Assembly (NCBI GenBank): GCA_010093605.1
Contig: MU004182.1
Span: forward strand, 1,583,032 to 1,647,031
DNA length: 64,000 bases
Direction of reading: 5' to 3'
From: Lophium mytilinum
Taxonomy: Eukaryota
Shown piece by piece: positions 38,319-51,650 of the stretch. The translations under genes were made by a program, and so were the position numbers. The number at the start of each line of letters is the position of its first letter. The stretch's first letter is position 1. The notes beneath the pieces were generated by a model. That model saw nothing but the letters and a program-made list of their open reading frames with translations, did no database searches and was not told the DNA's origin.

Positions 38319-40442
38319 ATGGATGTGTTGCAGCGCTTTTTGCCCGCTACTACGCCTACCAATCCCCCTCTCCTGGATCGGCGACCAACGCCTGTTCCAC
38401 CAAACATCGAGAGCATCGCCAGTCCACAAAGCCGAGAGGGCTTCTCTGAAGACGCAGAGAGGGATGAAAATGCAACTTCACTCGATGTCTTCCTGGAAAG
38501 CAAACCCAGTAGCCCCGCCGTCGTCCCGCCCACCATTGTTGTGATCGAGGACAGCGATGCGAACAATAACTCCTCGTCATCGGATACGGGCATTCTAGAC
38601 TACCGGGTAGACGAAGCCGATGCCAGCGACCGTACCATTCGACATCACAATCGCCGGACCCTAGTCCCCCGCACGCTTCCCAGAGACGTTCCTCGACGGA
38701 AAGCTGGCAGGCAACGCCTACGTCGCTCATCTAGCAACTCTGGCGTCGAAGCCATCTCGAAATATAAGCAGAAGGCCGATGAAGTCAAGACCCTCGTGGA
38801 ACAAGTTCACGAACTTCGCGTATCACCCTCTGGGACACCTCCACATAGGCCCTGGAAGCTGAGACGAGTCAGTACGGCCCCTGGACTGCGCGAAAAACAT
38901 ATGACGGATGGTAATAAGCACGGTGAGCCCCGATTCATCTGGATCCCAAGCACGTCCTCAACAGCGGACACTTCGTGTCACACTACGAACGTTACTCCGT
39001 CCGAAAAGGGTATAAGGGACGATTGCAGCACACCGTTGCGAGCATACTTGGAACGACCGTCAGATAGCAGAACGAGCAGCCCATCTAGAATGCTTTACAA
39101 ACCAAATTTGAAGAAAAAAGCGATAGGTAGCCCGCCCTCAGGTCTTACATGCAACGAAACCATACCCGGACATCGACGAACGAAAGCTGTCGACTTCGAT
39201 AGTCCGACATCTCTATTCACATCTTCGGTCACAAAGTTGAAGACGTGGATAGCAGAAAAAGACAGAACAGTGACCACTGATTCTGGAATCGAGATAGCTG
39301 AGGCGAGGACCGTATCGTTCATGAAACCGCGATCAAAGAGCAAAGCCGCAGACTCAGCTGTCACGCGTACCGATGTCCACGTAGTTGCTATATCGGCTCC
39401 AGACGGCGACGCGACACCTCGCAAACGCTCCGCAACGCCGACAAAGCAGATCGTCCAAACAGGCACCGGAGGCTACGGGGTAGTTTGGGACGACGCTCCC
39501 AATTCTTCTCCAGACAACGAATCCCACCGTCGCGGATCGAGTGCCGGTCAAGCTCTCGAAGCTGCCGGCTCCACCAGTCTGGAACGAGTAGACACGAAGC
39601 TCTCCGACTGGAGCTGGCGCAACGTAAACCCATTTGAAAAAGCTGCGAGACGAGACCGGAAGCCTTCACAGTTCGTCCCGAATATCGTCGTTTTCCCAGA
39701 TGATTCCTACGAAGACACCGTCTCGACCGTCGCGTCCGGCCGCCACATTTACCCCCGAACCACCAACTCCTCCACGCTCGACTCCTCGGAGGACACAGAT
39801 GCATTCGTCGCACCCCCAAACAGCCTCCAATCCTCCTCCTTCCTTCTCCCCCGCCACGACCCGCCTCCACCCCCCAACAGCGCCTCCTCCTCCGGCGGCC
39901 TCCTCCCACGCCGCTCTCCACTCGCTGGCCGCAACAGCGAGAGCCGCGCCACCGACACCACCGACACTTCTGCCACCTCTCTCTCCTCTTCGTCCGCGTC
40001 CTCGGCACTCCACGGGGCTGTCCTGCCTCCACCCCCTTCTCCATCTACCACCGATATCCCTTCCTGTGCCTCCGACCGCCCCAGAATGAAGAAAGACTCC
40101 CTCTTCCCCTCCGCCTCGGACGAGCACCTCCACATCACGACCACACATCGGCTGTCGCATATCGATAACCTGCATTTCCGCACGCATAAGGATAGTCTTG
40201 CTGTGGCGCGCGCACGGTGGGAGCGGAAGTACTCGAATGCGATGGGGATGGTGGGGAGGGGGGGCGTGGATCCGGAGAGGTTTGCGAGGAGGTGTAGTGT
40301 GGCGATTGCGCGGAAGCGGATGAAGGGGAGGCGGGAGAAGGGGAAGGGGAGGTTGGAGAGTTTGAGTGAAGGCGGCGGAGAGGTGGGTTTGGCGAGGGTG
40401 GGAGAGGTGGGGAGGGGGAGGGTTATTAGGATTGTGGAGTAG
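38319..40442 (+). CDS. Hypothetical low-complexity protein
   Basis: Single ORF of about 700 codons from the first ATG (MDVLQRFLP...). No recognisable domain. Confidence 0.7.
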   Translation: MDVLQRFLPATTPTNPPLLDRRPTPVPPNIESIASPQSREGFSEDAERDENATSLDVFLESKPSSPAVVPPTIVVIEDSDANNNSSSSDTGILDYRVDEADASDRTIRHHNRRTLVPRTLPRDVPRRKAGRQRLRRSSSNSGVEAISKYKQKADEVKTLVEQVHELRVSPSGTPPHRPWKLRRVSTAPGLREKHMTDGNKHGEPRFIWIPSTSSTADTSCHTTNVTPSEKGIRDDCSTPLRAYLERPSDSRTSSPSRMLYKPNLKKKAIGSPPSGLTCNETIPGHRRTKAVDFDSPTSLFTSSVTKLKTWIAEKDRTVTTDSGIEIAEARTVSFMKPRSKSKAADSAVTRTDVHVVAISAPDGDATPRKRSATPTKQIVQTGTGGYGVVWDDAPNSSPDNESHRRGSSAGQALEAAGSTSLERVDTKLSDWSWRNVNPFEKAARRDRKPSQFVPNIVVFPDDSYEDTVSTVASGRHIYPRTTNSSTLDSSEDTDAFVAPPNSLQSSSFLLPRHDPPPPPNSASSSGGLLPRRSPLAGRNSESRATDTTDTSATSLSSSSASSALHGAVLPPPPSPSTTDIPSCASDRPRMKKDSLFPSASDEHLHITTTHRLSHIDNLHFRTHKDSLAVARARWERKYSNAMGMVGRGGVDPERFARRCSVAIARKRMKGRREKGKGRLESLSEGGGEVGLARVGEVGRGRVIRIVE

Positions 40443-42012
40443 GGGTAAAGTACTGAGGGGTGGACTAGGGGTTCTGGCGCAAATAAGATAAGTAGAGTTT
40501 GGAATTGAAGTTGAGTTCTAAGACTTGTGATTTGTCGTATGTCATGGAGCTGTCACGTGTTATACCTTCTTAGTAGTAGGCCTGCGGTATAAAATCTCCC
40601 TCTCCTTCTCTTAATCTTACCTTTTTTGTTAAGGGCGAGTCGGACAGCTTTTCAAGCAAGCGACGAGGGAAGTACCCAGGGAGGCGGATCTGGCTGGCTG
40701 GTGACTCAAACACGACTTATGCGTGAACGATGACTGGGTTTTCTTGGAGCTTAGAAAAAGGCACGACTAGACTTAGATGGTGTCGTGGAGTTGGTGGAGA
40801 GCAGATTGATATGACGGTTGACGGATGGAGGTTGTGGTGGATGTGGGCATGGTGATGGTGTGCGGGAGGTTGAGGTGGTGATGATTGGTAAGTTTTTGAG
40901 GCGGTGTTGAGGATTGGTAGGCTCCGTGGAGGATGGTGGGGAGAGATTTGGGGGTTGAAGAAGATACTTAATGCAGGTGATAGTATCTGCACATTGAAGG
41001 AAGGCGACATTATGTACATGGAGCGACTTTATTTGCCACTAGCTTTGAGCGTTATAGGCGATTGCTGGAATCCAACAACCTACCTATGTCGCGAAAAGAA
41101 GTCTAGATAGCTAAGAAGAGGACTTGGGGGTCTTCGAACCCGAGTTTCGCGACCTATCGATTGCTATCTCATTTGTTTAATTCTCTCATGTAATATTGCA
41201 TCAGATTTCCCATATCTTCATCAGCCACTCTCCCAAGATCTTTCACTTTCACGTTCCATTCTATAGGAAACGCTTTTGCGAAGCGTATACGACTTGCTGT
41301 GCTCATAGGCTGGCTCTCCGTTGATGGGGGCAGAACTCCAATCGGCTGATATACCATCCCATTCTCCAACGGCAGCGGCGAAGGAGTCTGGAGCGTTTTA
41401 TAGTATACGATAGCGTGCTCTTCAGGTCGACATCCCGTTTTTGTCGTACCTCGATTCCCATAGGTAGAAATTGGACTACAATCTCATGAGTGCGGAACAG
41501 TCTAATGAATTTTGGACGTACCATGTATAGCAGAATCCCATCTTTTCAGCTACAACGACGAACCTCCTTATTTGAGTGATTACCTTGGCGCCATACTTCA
41601 CAATCGAGACGTTATCTGGAAATGTTCCTGGCGCTCTCGGAGTTTCTCCCATGAGTTCAGTAAAGAGCATTGAGAAAACCTGATTGACTCTGTTAGCTGT
41701 GAAACGCTGGTGGACGACTGCTATACTCTTCCGCGTTTGAAGAATCCTCTGGCATCCTGCCGAACGAGATAGGCTATGGAGTTTACCACGTTAGCGCTTC
41801 ACAGAGACAGTTGTGGAGTGTGATGCACGTTACATACCGGGATCTAGCTCTTCATACGCTCCAATAACTCCTTTCATTTGGTTATACACAGGTCTGTCCT
41901 GCTCTTTCGTCTTTACCATGTCACGACTTGACACTGAAGACGCTTCAAAGGGTGCAGACTGTTTGTATCCTCTCGAATATTCAAGGACAGGAGATAATTC
42001 GAACAGCGTGCT

Positions 42013-45000
42013 TGTGGAATTCTTGATATACGGTTGATATTCGGATGTCGTGCACGTGATGTATAGATCTACTGTAGGAACGCTTTCCTACATAGATCTA
42101 GTGTAATTAAGGCCTGCACGGGCCTCTCTAATATGTATATAGCCTAGCTAGATTCCTATATAGAATTAATATTAATTATCCTCTAAATTCTTATATTATA
42201 TAATTAGAAATATTATATCTAGTAGCTTAGTTATAGTTCTAGCCGCCTCTAAGGCCTCCTTAGAGGGCTATTAGGTCCTTAAACTTAATAGCGTAAAGCT
42301 AGCTAAGGCTATATTTTTATAATTAACCCTTAGTAATAATAGAAGACATTAGCTTCTATAATTAGTAGAATTTTTAGATTATTATAATAATACTAAGCCG
42401 TGTTAACAGTTTCTAAAAATTAACCTAATTAGTAATTAATAATAACTACTAATAATAGCCCCTAATTAGCATTAGGCCGGCGTTATAGTATAACTACCTA
42501 TCGCGAACATCCTTATAAAAATTAAACGGTATAGGTCTAAAGAGCCCTTAGCTAGAATATTACTGCGGGATTTTCCTATCCCTTTTAATACTTCTACGCA
42601 ACTAACTACGCGTTCTATTAGCTGCTAAAGCAAGATTAATAGCAGGATAGCGAGAAGAATAATATTATAGCTTAATAGAGCCTAATAATTATATAGTAAT
42701 TAGAAATCCTTATAAGTTAATTATAAGAAGAAGGCGGAGAAGTCCTTTTAAGAATTCTTCCTCTCTAATAGGATATTAAAAAGCATTTAAGAAAGAAACT
42801 TAATATTACTATCTTAGCACCCTTTTCTTACTCTTTACTTTAATTATATTGCAGTTATTAATTCTTTTCTACTCTTTCTTATCCTTAGATATTCTATAAC
42901 CCTTAGCTTCCTTTTATATCTAGTAATAGATATTATTATTCTAATAGATTACCTTCTAACCTTTAAGAACTCTTCTAAAGGCTCTTTTAGTTTAGCACTA
43001 TATCTTATAATCTATCTAATCTAATATTAGCCTTACAGGCTAAGCAGGCCGCTGCCCTAGAACCTATTAAGCTACTAGTTTAAGGTCCTCTAATTATTTA
43101 CAGTAGTGCCCTAGCCTATAATCTAGGGCTTACCTATTAAGGGCTATTATTTACGCCTTCTTTAGATAGCTATTAACGCTTCTAAGCCCCTATAATAGAG
43201 TATATAATAGATTACTAGGGACTAGAACTCTTTAGTTCTATATTAGCTTCTTCTATATAATAGTAGCAGGCTACTATACTAGGGCAGCTATAAGCTATAG
43301 TCCCTAATTACTATGCCCGCGTTAAGAATATATTAGATAACCCCTAGCAGTAGCCTACTTCTTAGAGTGCTACTAACTTCTAGGGTTTATTATCTAACGC
43401 TTTCTTAGATTATCTAATACTAGACTATAATAAGCCTATATTAGAATAAACTATATAAGAGCTCTAATAAGCCTTTAAGAAAATATTAGCTATAAGAGAA
43501 CCTTATCTAATAGCGCTACCTAAAGTTCTTATAAGGACTCCCGCTATATAGTTAGGTAAAGTTAATAATAATGCGTACCCTATCTAGATAGTTTAAATGC
43601 GCAACTTTATTACTATATAAGCGGACGCCTATTAATAGGTTTACTAGTAGATGCTAGAAACTTAAAAGATTTAGCTAGCCGGCAGCTATACAGCTAGAAC
43701 TGTGGCCGTTTAATAGAACTAAGATATTTAATAGCACTACTAAGGCAATACTAAGTTTACTATATTAGATTAGTTCTTTACTACCTTTAGCCGCCGCTAT
43801 AAGAGCGTAGATACACCGGAGCAACGCTAACACCGCTTTAATAAAATAGTGTAGATAACTAGTGCTTATTAGTTCTTTAATAAGCTTATTAGGGCTACTT
43901 ATATATACCCTCTTAATATAGCTCTATTTAATCTTAAAGTACGTTAATATGCCCGCGTAGGTTTAAAACCTAGCCTTAAGTTCTATATTAATGCCTAAGC
44001 GTAGGCCCCTTCTAATTTTAATAAATAGATAGCGTAGGTTGCTACTACTAATAAGCATTAGATCTCCTAGTATAAGAGAATAAGAGACTATTAGGGCCGC
44101 CTTAATACTATCTCTAGGGCTAATAAAGAATTAGATAATAATTACTTTTAAGGAACTAACGTTAATTCTAATAAATATAAATATCTAGATACTAAAGATA
44201 ACGCTAAACTTAATGCCTTTAAAGGTAGAAATACTACCAGATCTTAAGAACGCGGTTAAGGCTATAGCGGACGCAGTAAAGGTACTACCTAATAGAATAC
44301 TAATACGCGTAAGTACTATAATTATAGCAAGAAGGGCTATATTAAACGTAACTATACTTAGCTAGCTAAAAAGCTATTAGAAAACTAGGAGGGTTAGTAG
44401 CCTTAAAGCAACTAACTAACCTAAAAGATAAGACTCCTACTTTTTATAAACTTATAATAGAAAAGAATTAGCCGCCCTTTAATAATCCTTCTAACTAAAT
44501 TATTATTAAATTAATAGAAGAAAGAATCTACTACCTTAACTCCCTAGGTAAATGTCTTTTAGAATATAAGGGAACTTTAGAACTATCTAACTATTAGAAA
44601 AGAACTACCTTTTTAATTAACTGTAGCGCTAATTCCGTCTATATATTATTAAAGCATGCTTAATATTAGCTAAAGAATGTTAAAATAATAGCCCCTAAGG
44701 CAGTTAAACTTCTCTTAGGTGCAACTATAATTAGTATAAAAGCCTTAGAGATTCTATTTAAGATCTATATACTATTAGGTACTCTAACTATATATATTCT
44801 AGACCTTAAAGAGTATTAATGCATTCTTAGTATAATCTAGCTATAGTAATACTAAGCTATTATTAACTTCTTTACTAATTCTATTACCTTGTAAATATAG
44901 GTTAGCCGCAACCTAAAGATTAAACTAGTAGCTTATTAGCTTAATGCATTAAGCCCTATTATAGACCTTAGTCTTTCTAAACTAGAATACTAGGGTTTTA

Positions 45001-48000
45001 TTAATGCAATATTCTATTAGAAGTATAAGAGGCTCTTAGTAGATAAGCTTAATTCCGCTTACCTTTATATTGTAAAAGCTTCTAATAAACTAACGCTAGA
45101 TTAGGTACTATAACCCGGCACTAATCCGCCATTAGAAGATAAGAATTTATTACCCCTAATTAATTATATTACTACTTCTATGCAAGAGAAGTTCTAAGAG
45201 CTTCTTAAAGAGTATAAACCTTATTTCTATAATATCCTTCCTAATATTCTACCGCCTAAGCATAGATATAACTATCTAATTAATACTAGAGATGTAAAGC
45301 TAGTAAATAATATAGTATACCGCCTCTTATATTATTAAATAGAAGAATAGACCTAATAGATCTATAAGCTACTAGAATAGGGCCTTATCTAAGAGTCTAT
45401 TAGTGCCTAGGGATCTCTAGTTCTTTTTATTCTAAAGCTAAATAGCAAGTGGCGAATATGCATTAACTATAGAGTACTTAATCTAGTAACCTAGAAGAAT
45501 ATCTACCCCCTACTACGCATTAATAACTACCTATAGTTATTTAGGAAGGCTAGGTTCTTTACTAAGATTAATTTAACCTCTAGATATTACTAGCTATGCA
45601 TTTATTAATTAGACGTCTATAAGACTGCTTTTAACATAATTAAAGGGAAATTTAAATTTCTAGTTATACCTTTTAGTCTCTATAACGCTCCTGCTACCTT
45701 TTAAGCTATTATAAATAATACCTTACAACTATATCTATATTAATTTATACTTATCTATATAGACAATATTATAGTATTTTTAGAAATATTAGAAGAGTAT
45801 CTTAACCACCTCTAATTATTATTTAAAGCTCTTAGAAAGAAATAACTATTTACTAAAACTAATAAGTACTTAATTACTTAAGAAACTATTAAGTTCTATA
45901 GCTATATAGTTTCTTATAGAACTATAAAACTAATAACTAATAAACTAGACNNNNNNNNNNNNNNNNNNNNNNNNNNNNNNNNNNNNNNNNNNNNNNNNNN
46001 NNNNNNNNNNNNNNNNNNNNNNNNNNNNNNNNNNNNNNNNNNNNNNNNNNNNNNNNNNNNNNNNNNNNNNNNNNNNNNNNNNNNNNNNNNNNNNNNNNNN
46101 NNNNNNNNNNNNNNNNNNNNNNNNNNNNNNNNNNNNNNNNNNNNNNNNNNNNNNNNNNNNNNNNNNNNNNNNNNNNNNNNNNNNNNNNNNNNNNNNNNNN
46201 NNNNNNNNNNNNNNNNNNNNNNNNNNNNNNNNNNNNNNNNNNNNNNNNNNNNNNNNNNNNNNNNNNNNNNNNNNNNNNNNNNNNNNNNNNNNNNNNNNNN
46301 NNNNNNNNNNNNNNNNNNNNNNNNNNNNNNNNNNNTAACTAATTACTACTTATTATAATACCTATAAACTACTAAGAAAGCCTTACTAAGGCTTACTTAA
46401 TAGATTAAAAATTTCTAGTAGTATAACCCTATAATATAGTATTACTTAAAAGCCCTTATAATAGTACCGGACGCAATTAGTAGGCGCCCTAATTTTACCT
46501 AAGAATACCTTACAGCCCTCTCTAAGTATAAAGATCCTAATATAGAGTATATTAAAGATTTAAAGAAGTTCCTTATAACGGGCCTTAAGTCTACTCTCTC
46601 TAAACAGCTATTAGAGGCTAAATTAAAATAACACCGGCTTTACTGCTAAAGAATCTATCTGTCCCTATATTAGAACTTTATAATTCTAAAAGAAGAACTA
46701 TGCTATTACTTCTATAAACCTAATAGTAATCTAAATCTATATACTCTTAAGAATACTATACTATATATTACACCTTTCTATTATTAACAGGTTCTTAATA
46801 GAACCTACTAGCTAGGCTACTTTATATACCGCGGCATGCAGAAGGCCCTATAAGTATATAGCTAGTAGCTAATAATAAGTTATAATACTAATAAATACAC
46901 TTATAAGTATACCTTATGCTAGCTAGTATAGAAGAGAAAGATTATTTATAAACTAACGTTTTATTAGGTTAAGAATTAAGATCTATTTAATAAATAGGGC
47001 ATTAATTTAATTAGTAGATTACTATAATTAATCTATAGAAATTACTAGATTATTACTACTATTAATTACGCTATAGGTTAGCCTAAAGCTGCTACGCTTT
47101 CTAATACTTAAGCTAAGACTATAGTAATATTTATCTATAAAAGAATCTACTACTAGTATAGACCCCTAGCGGCGTTTACTTCTAATAATAGTTTAAACTT
47201 TCTTTCTAAAGTTATTATAGTACTATAAAAGCTTATTAAGACCTGCTATAATATTATAACGCTATATTACTCTTAGGCAAATAGTAAGGTAGAGAGGCTT
47301 AATAGAGTCTTAGGGAATATTCTTATAAAGCTAATAATTAATTAAGATATAGCTATATAGAATACCTAGTTACTAGCTATAGTATATATAATATGTACTT
47401 AGAATACCTTCTATAGCTATACTCCCTACTACCTTATATATAGTAGACGTCCTTAAGTACCTAATAATACTTTAGTACCGGCTCTTAATAAGACTGCAGA
47501 TAAAGAAGCTAAATTAGAGTATTATTTAGCCCGCATTAGGAAAGTTTAATACATGCGCGCACTAGCAGAGGATTAGCTACTAAAGAAAGTAATTATAGCA
47601 GGCCTATAGAATCTATAACCTCTATCTAAGAAGCATCTAGTTACTTAATAGAAGATTAGTTTCTAGGTACTCCTTTAAAATAAGGTTAAGAGGAAATTTA
47701 GAGCAAAATAGTTTAGTCTATTTAAAATTATTACTGCTTATTCTTTTAGTACCTATATGCTTTAAACACCTACTAATTAAGTATTAAAGAACCTTGTTTA
47801 CGGCAATAGGTTAGTAAATACACGCATTAATACTTATATAAAGTTTTAGAACTAAGAAGACTCTAAATATAACTTAGAATATTCTAATAATATATTAGAA
47901 GATAACTAAGTACTTTAGAACTAAGAGGATTTTAATAATACTAATAAAGAGCGTGCTACACGTTAAGAAGAAGTTAAACCTAGTAATAATGCTGTCGCGA

Positions 48001-51000
48001 ATATATTAGATGTAGACAACGCTAATAGAAAGCTATAGTCTAAGTTTACTATAATCTCTAAAGTAGAATAGAATTAGAAGATTACTAAGTATTAATTAAA
48101 GCAGCAGTATAAGGGCGCAGAGCTCTTCTAGAAAGAAGAGAAGAACGCTTAGAAACTGCCTAAACTAAAGCTATATTAAATACTAAGAGATTTTAAAGAG
48201 AGAGTTCTTAAGAGAGACTAACGGGCTACTAAGAAAAAGGAACCTAAAAAGGGTTAATTAACTATTATACTAGTATAGGTTACTAGCTTTATAGTTATAT
48301 AATATAAAGATGCAGGCAAGACTACTATAAATACCTATTAGAAAGTTTATATGCATAAGCTAGAGATAAGTTAAGATAAGCTTAACGTTCTATAGGGAAC
48401 TAGTAATTACGCAGCACCTATAGAATAACCTAATAATGCATTAGTGCTAGCTATAGATACTAATAATAGGGAACCATTAGAAATAGCTTAAGATAGTAAT
48501 AGGACACCTAAGAGTGTAAATACTACTATCTAATTACCTAATACTGCGCACTAAGATAATAATAAGTATAATAGGGATACTATTATCGTGCGGCTAAGGG
48601 GTAATGCTGTTATTTAAACTAATAATACTGCGGAGCTGCAGGATAAAGAGATTAACTTAAGAGCTAAGAATACTAAAATGCGCATAAATAATAAGTTCTT
48701 AGATAAGAATACTAGCTCTAATATATAATTAGAGAGCTCCTCTAGCAGTAATACTAGTATAATAGATATTAAAGATAATAAGAATACTAGCAGCAATTAC
48801 AAGTTAGATTTAGATAGTAATTTTAATGCACCTATAATACAACCTACCTAAGCTCTTAATATAAAGTTGCGCGGAAGAAAGCGCAAGAGAGCTTAAATAG
48901 CACTTCTATCCTAAGCTAATAGAGTGTTAGAAGAACTCTATATATTTATTACCTAGATTTCCTTTATTAATTTAAATTTAAGCGTTTAATTCTTTATTAT
49001 TACTTATTTAGCTATATTTTATCTTTAGAGAATTAAAAAGATAATAAATTTAAGAACCTATATTAGAGATTAACTAAGCTAAGCTTATACTTCTATTATA
49101 CTTAACCCTTCTTATATCTAGAAGGGGAGGGAAAATTAATGCTTTTCTATTAATACTAGCTAAGCTAATATACTCTTAGTCCTTCTAGGTAGCTATTCTA
49201 CTACTAGGACTTCTTCTACTAGGACTTCTATAGCTACTACTACTACTAGAATAGCTATTATTATTCTTCTAAGGCTGTTTTAGAGGCGCGCTCTAAGTTA
49301 ATATATTTTAGCTATGCTTGCTAGCCCTATTCTTCTAGAGAATAGTATTTAGAGAGCCTATTTAATACTAAGTAGAGTTTAAAGGGGTCTCTCTAGTAGA
49401 GTTATTATTATTACTAATAGATAACTAAGATAAGCGGCGGCTTAATAGTATATTAGGAGTAGGCTCTTAAAAGCGCTGTAGAGAACCTAAAGAAGAATAA
49501 TAAGAGGTTAAAGAAGTTAGAAAAGTTAAAGGCTAAGTAGAAGAGGTTAGAGAGTATTACCTTAGACCTTAAGTGCTAGAACCTAAAGTAGCTGCATTTT
49601 CTAAATCTAATGCAGCTGCAGATAATTACTAGAAGCTAGATCTTAAACTAGAAGCCTAAGTAGAAGCACTACTAGAGCCCTATAGATAATATTAAGCTAT
49701 TAGAGATTTAGAAGTATAAGAAATACCTAGATTACGTAGTAGTATAGCAGTCTTCCTTTAAATTAACTCTATTAGTAGCTGCATAGCTAAGGCTAAGCGC
49801 ACTATATTTTTAGCCAGGTTCTTAAGAGATTCTTGGTCGCAAAGAGAAGATATAAACTTAGTAATATTATAGCAACCTTATTAAATGCAAGCCCTAGTAG
49901 TCTTCTAATAAGCTATTAGAGTCTACCCTTCTATAATAGGTATTAGCTAAGTTCTAAGATACTCTAAAAGTAAAGCTAAACTTACCTTAAAATAAATAAG
50001 TCCCCTTACTACCCTGCTAATAATATTCTATATAGAATTCTTAGTAGAGAGAAGAACTATCTAGATTATAAGCCTAAATATATTTACTAAACTAATAGCC
50101 TCCCGAGAATATTCTTAAGTAGTGGTTGCAGGCCCTAAAGGTAGAAGAAGCCCTAGAATTCTTACTATAATCTACTCTTAAGCCTAAATACTATTTAAGA
50201 AGCCCTATAAAGCGTAAATTATAGCTATAGTTCTTATTTAAAATTAGTTTATTATTTCTAATATTACTAAGAAACTCTTAAAGTAGTATATTTCTCTAAG
50301 CTCTACTACTACCTTTAAACTTTAGGGGGTATTTAGTATAGTTTAGATAATTAGAAGCTATAGCGTAGCGTTAGAAGGCTTAAGAAAGTAGAATAGAGTT
50401 ATTAAAGGCTATTAGCTATATATAGCATAGATTATAGAACCTCTAGACTATTAGAAGGTTAATAATTAATATAAGTATAATAGTAACTAGATCTTATTAG
50501 CTTTATTAAGAGAAAGAGCTAAACTATTATTAGAAACTTACTATAGGCCTATAAGGCTTTATAAGCCAAGATGCCTAAGGATTTATAAGAGCGTAGAACC
50601 TTATAACTATAGCTAGAGTCTAAAGAATTATTGCCTCTATTATCTCCACCTCTTCTATAGAGCAAGCTAGAGGCTATAGAACCTAGCTAAGTATTAAGCA
50701 ACGTTATAACGCTAACTTAGAGTAAGAAAAAGCAGCCTAGAAGCTAAGAGAGAGAGAGTTCTAATAAAGAAATTAATAAAGAAAGATAATAGTAATAAGA
50801 AGAGAAGCTGTAAGAGTCTTTAATAAACCTTTAAAGTTAAGAGAAGCTTAAACCTTAAAGGAGAAAGTTAAGTATAGAAGAAAGAGTATAAGAGCATTAA
50901 AAAGGCCTTATATATACTCTAGATTCTTAAATCTATTACTTCTAGATTACTACTTACCGCTCTATAACGTACTAATAGCTTCTTAGACCTATATAAAATT

Positions 51001-51650
51001 ATAAGCTTCTTACTAGATTATAAGGGACTTTATAAGATTTCTAATAAGCCTATTATTAGCTATTATAGCTCTAATTGCATATTAAAACCTAATGCGCGCT
51101 AGCATACTAATATTTATATTACTGTATAATTCCCTCTATTATAAACACTTTATAATCTCTTCTAATTCTTTCTTACTATCTAGCTATTAAATATTCTAAT
51201 ACCTCTATTATCCCCTACTAATATAGTAGTAGACCTCTAAAGAATTCTAAACCCCTCTTAGATAATATTACCGCAATATTACTATCTACTAATATACTAT
51301 TTATAGTATTATATACCCCTAGAAGCTTTAAAGCTTCTAAAGAAGCTAATAGCCTAATATGCTAATAACGCACAGTATAAAGTAGTAAGCGCGATATACT
51401 ATTATAAATATAATTTAATAGTAAATTAGATCTAAAAGGGGAGGATATAGAATTCTTAATATATAGTTAATATTTAGATATTATATATATAATATATAGA
51501 TCTACTATAGGAACGCTTTCCTATATAGATCTAGTGTAATTAAGGCCTGCACGGGCCTCTCCAACGTGTATATAGCCTAGCTAGATTCCTACATAGAATT
51601 GACATCGATTGTCCTCTAAATTCTTACATCACGTGATCGGAAATATTACA
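42013..51650 (+). mobile_element. Full-length RIP-degenerate Ty3/Gypsy LTR retrotransposon
   Basis: 205-bp LTRs at 42013-42217 and 51446-51650 (TG...CA at the outer ends). 4-bp TSD TGCT. PPT AAAAGGGGAGGA at 51434-51445. RT (KWR.CI.YR.LN...YPL.RI at ~45445-45525) precedes integrase (~46950-47450). Confidence 0.95.
45951..46335. other. Assembly gap (385 N) inside the Gypsy pol region
   Basis: Run of N characters. Confidence 1.

Noticed and set aside
40717..41110. His/Pro-rich short ORFs
   Set aside because: Low-complexity GT-rich intergenic sequence with no domain or splice support.
48614..48796. 60-aa hydrophobic minus-strand ORF
   Set aside because: Lies within the RIP'd Gypsy element. The Leu/Ile richness is an AT-bias artefact.
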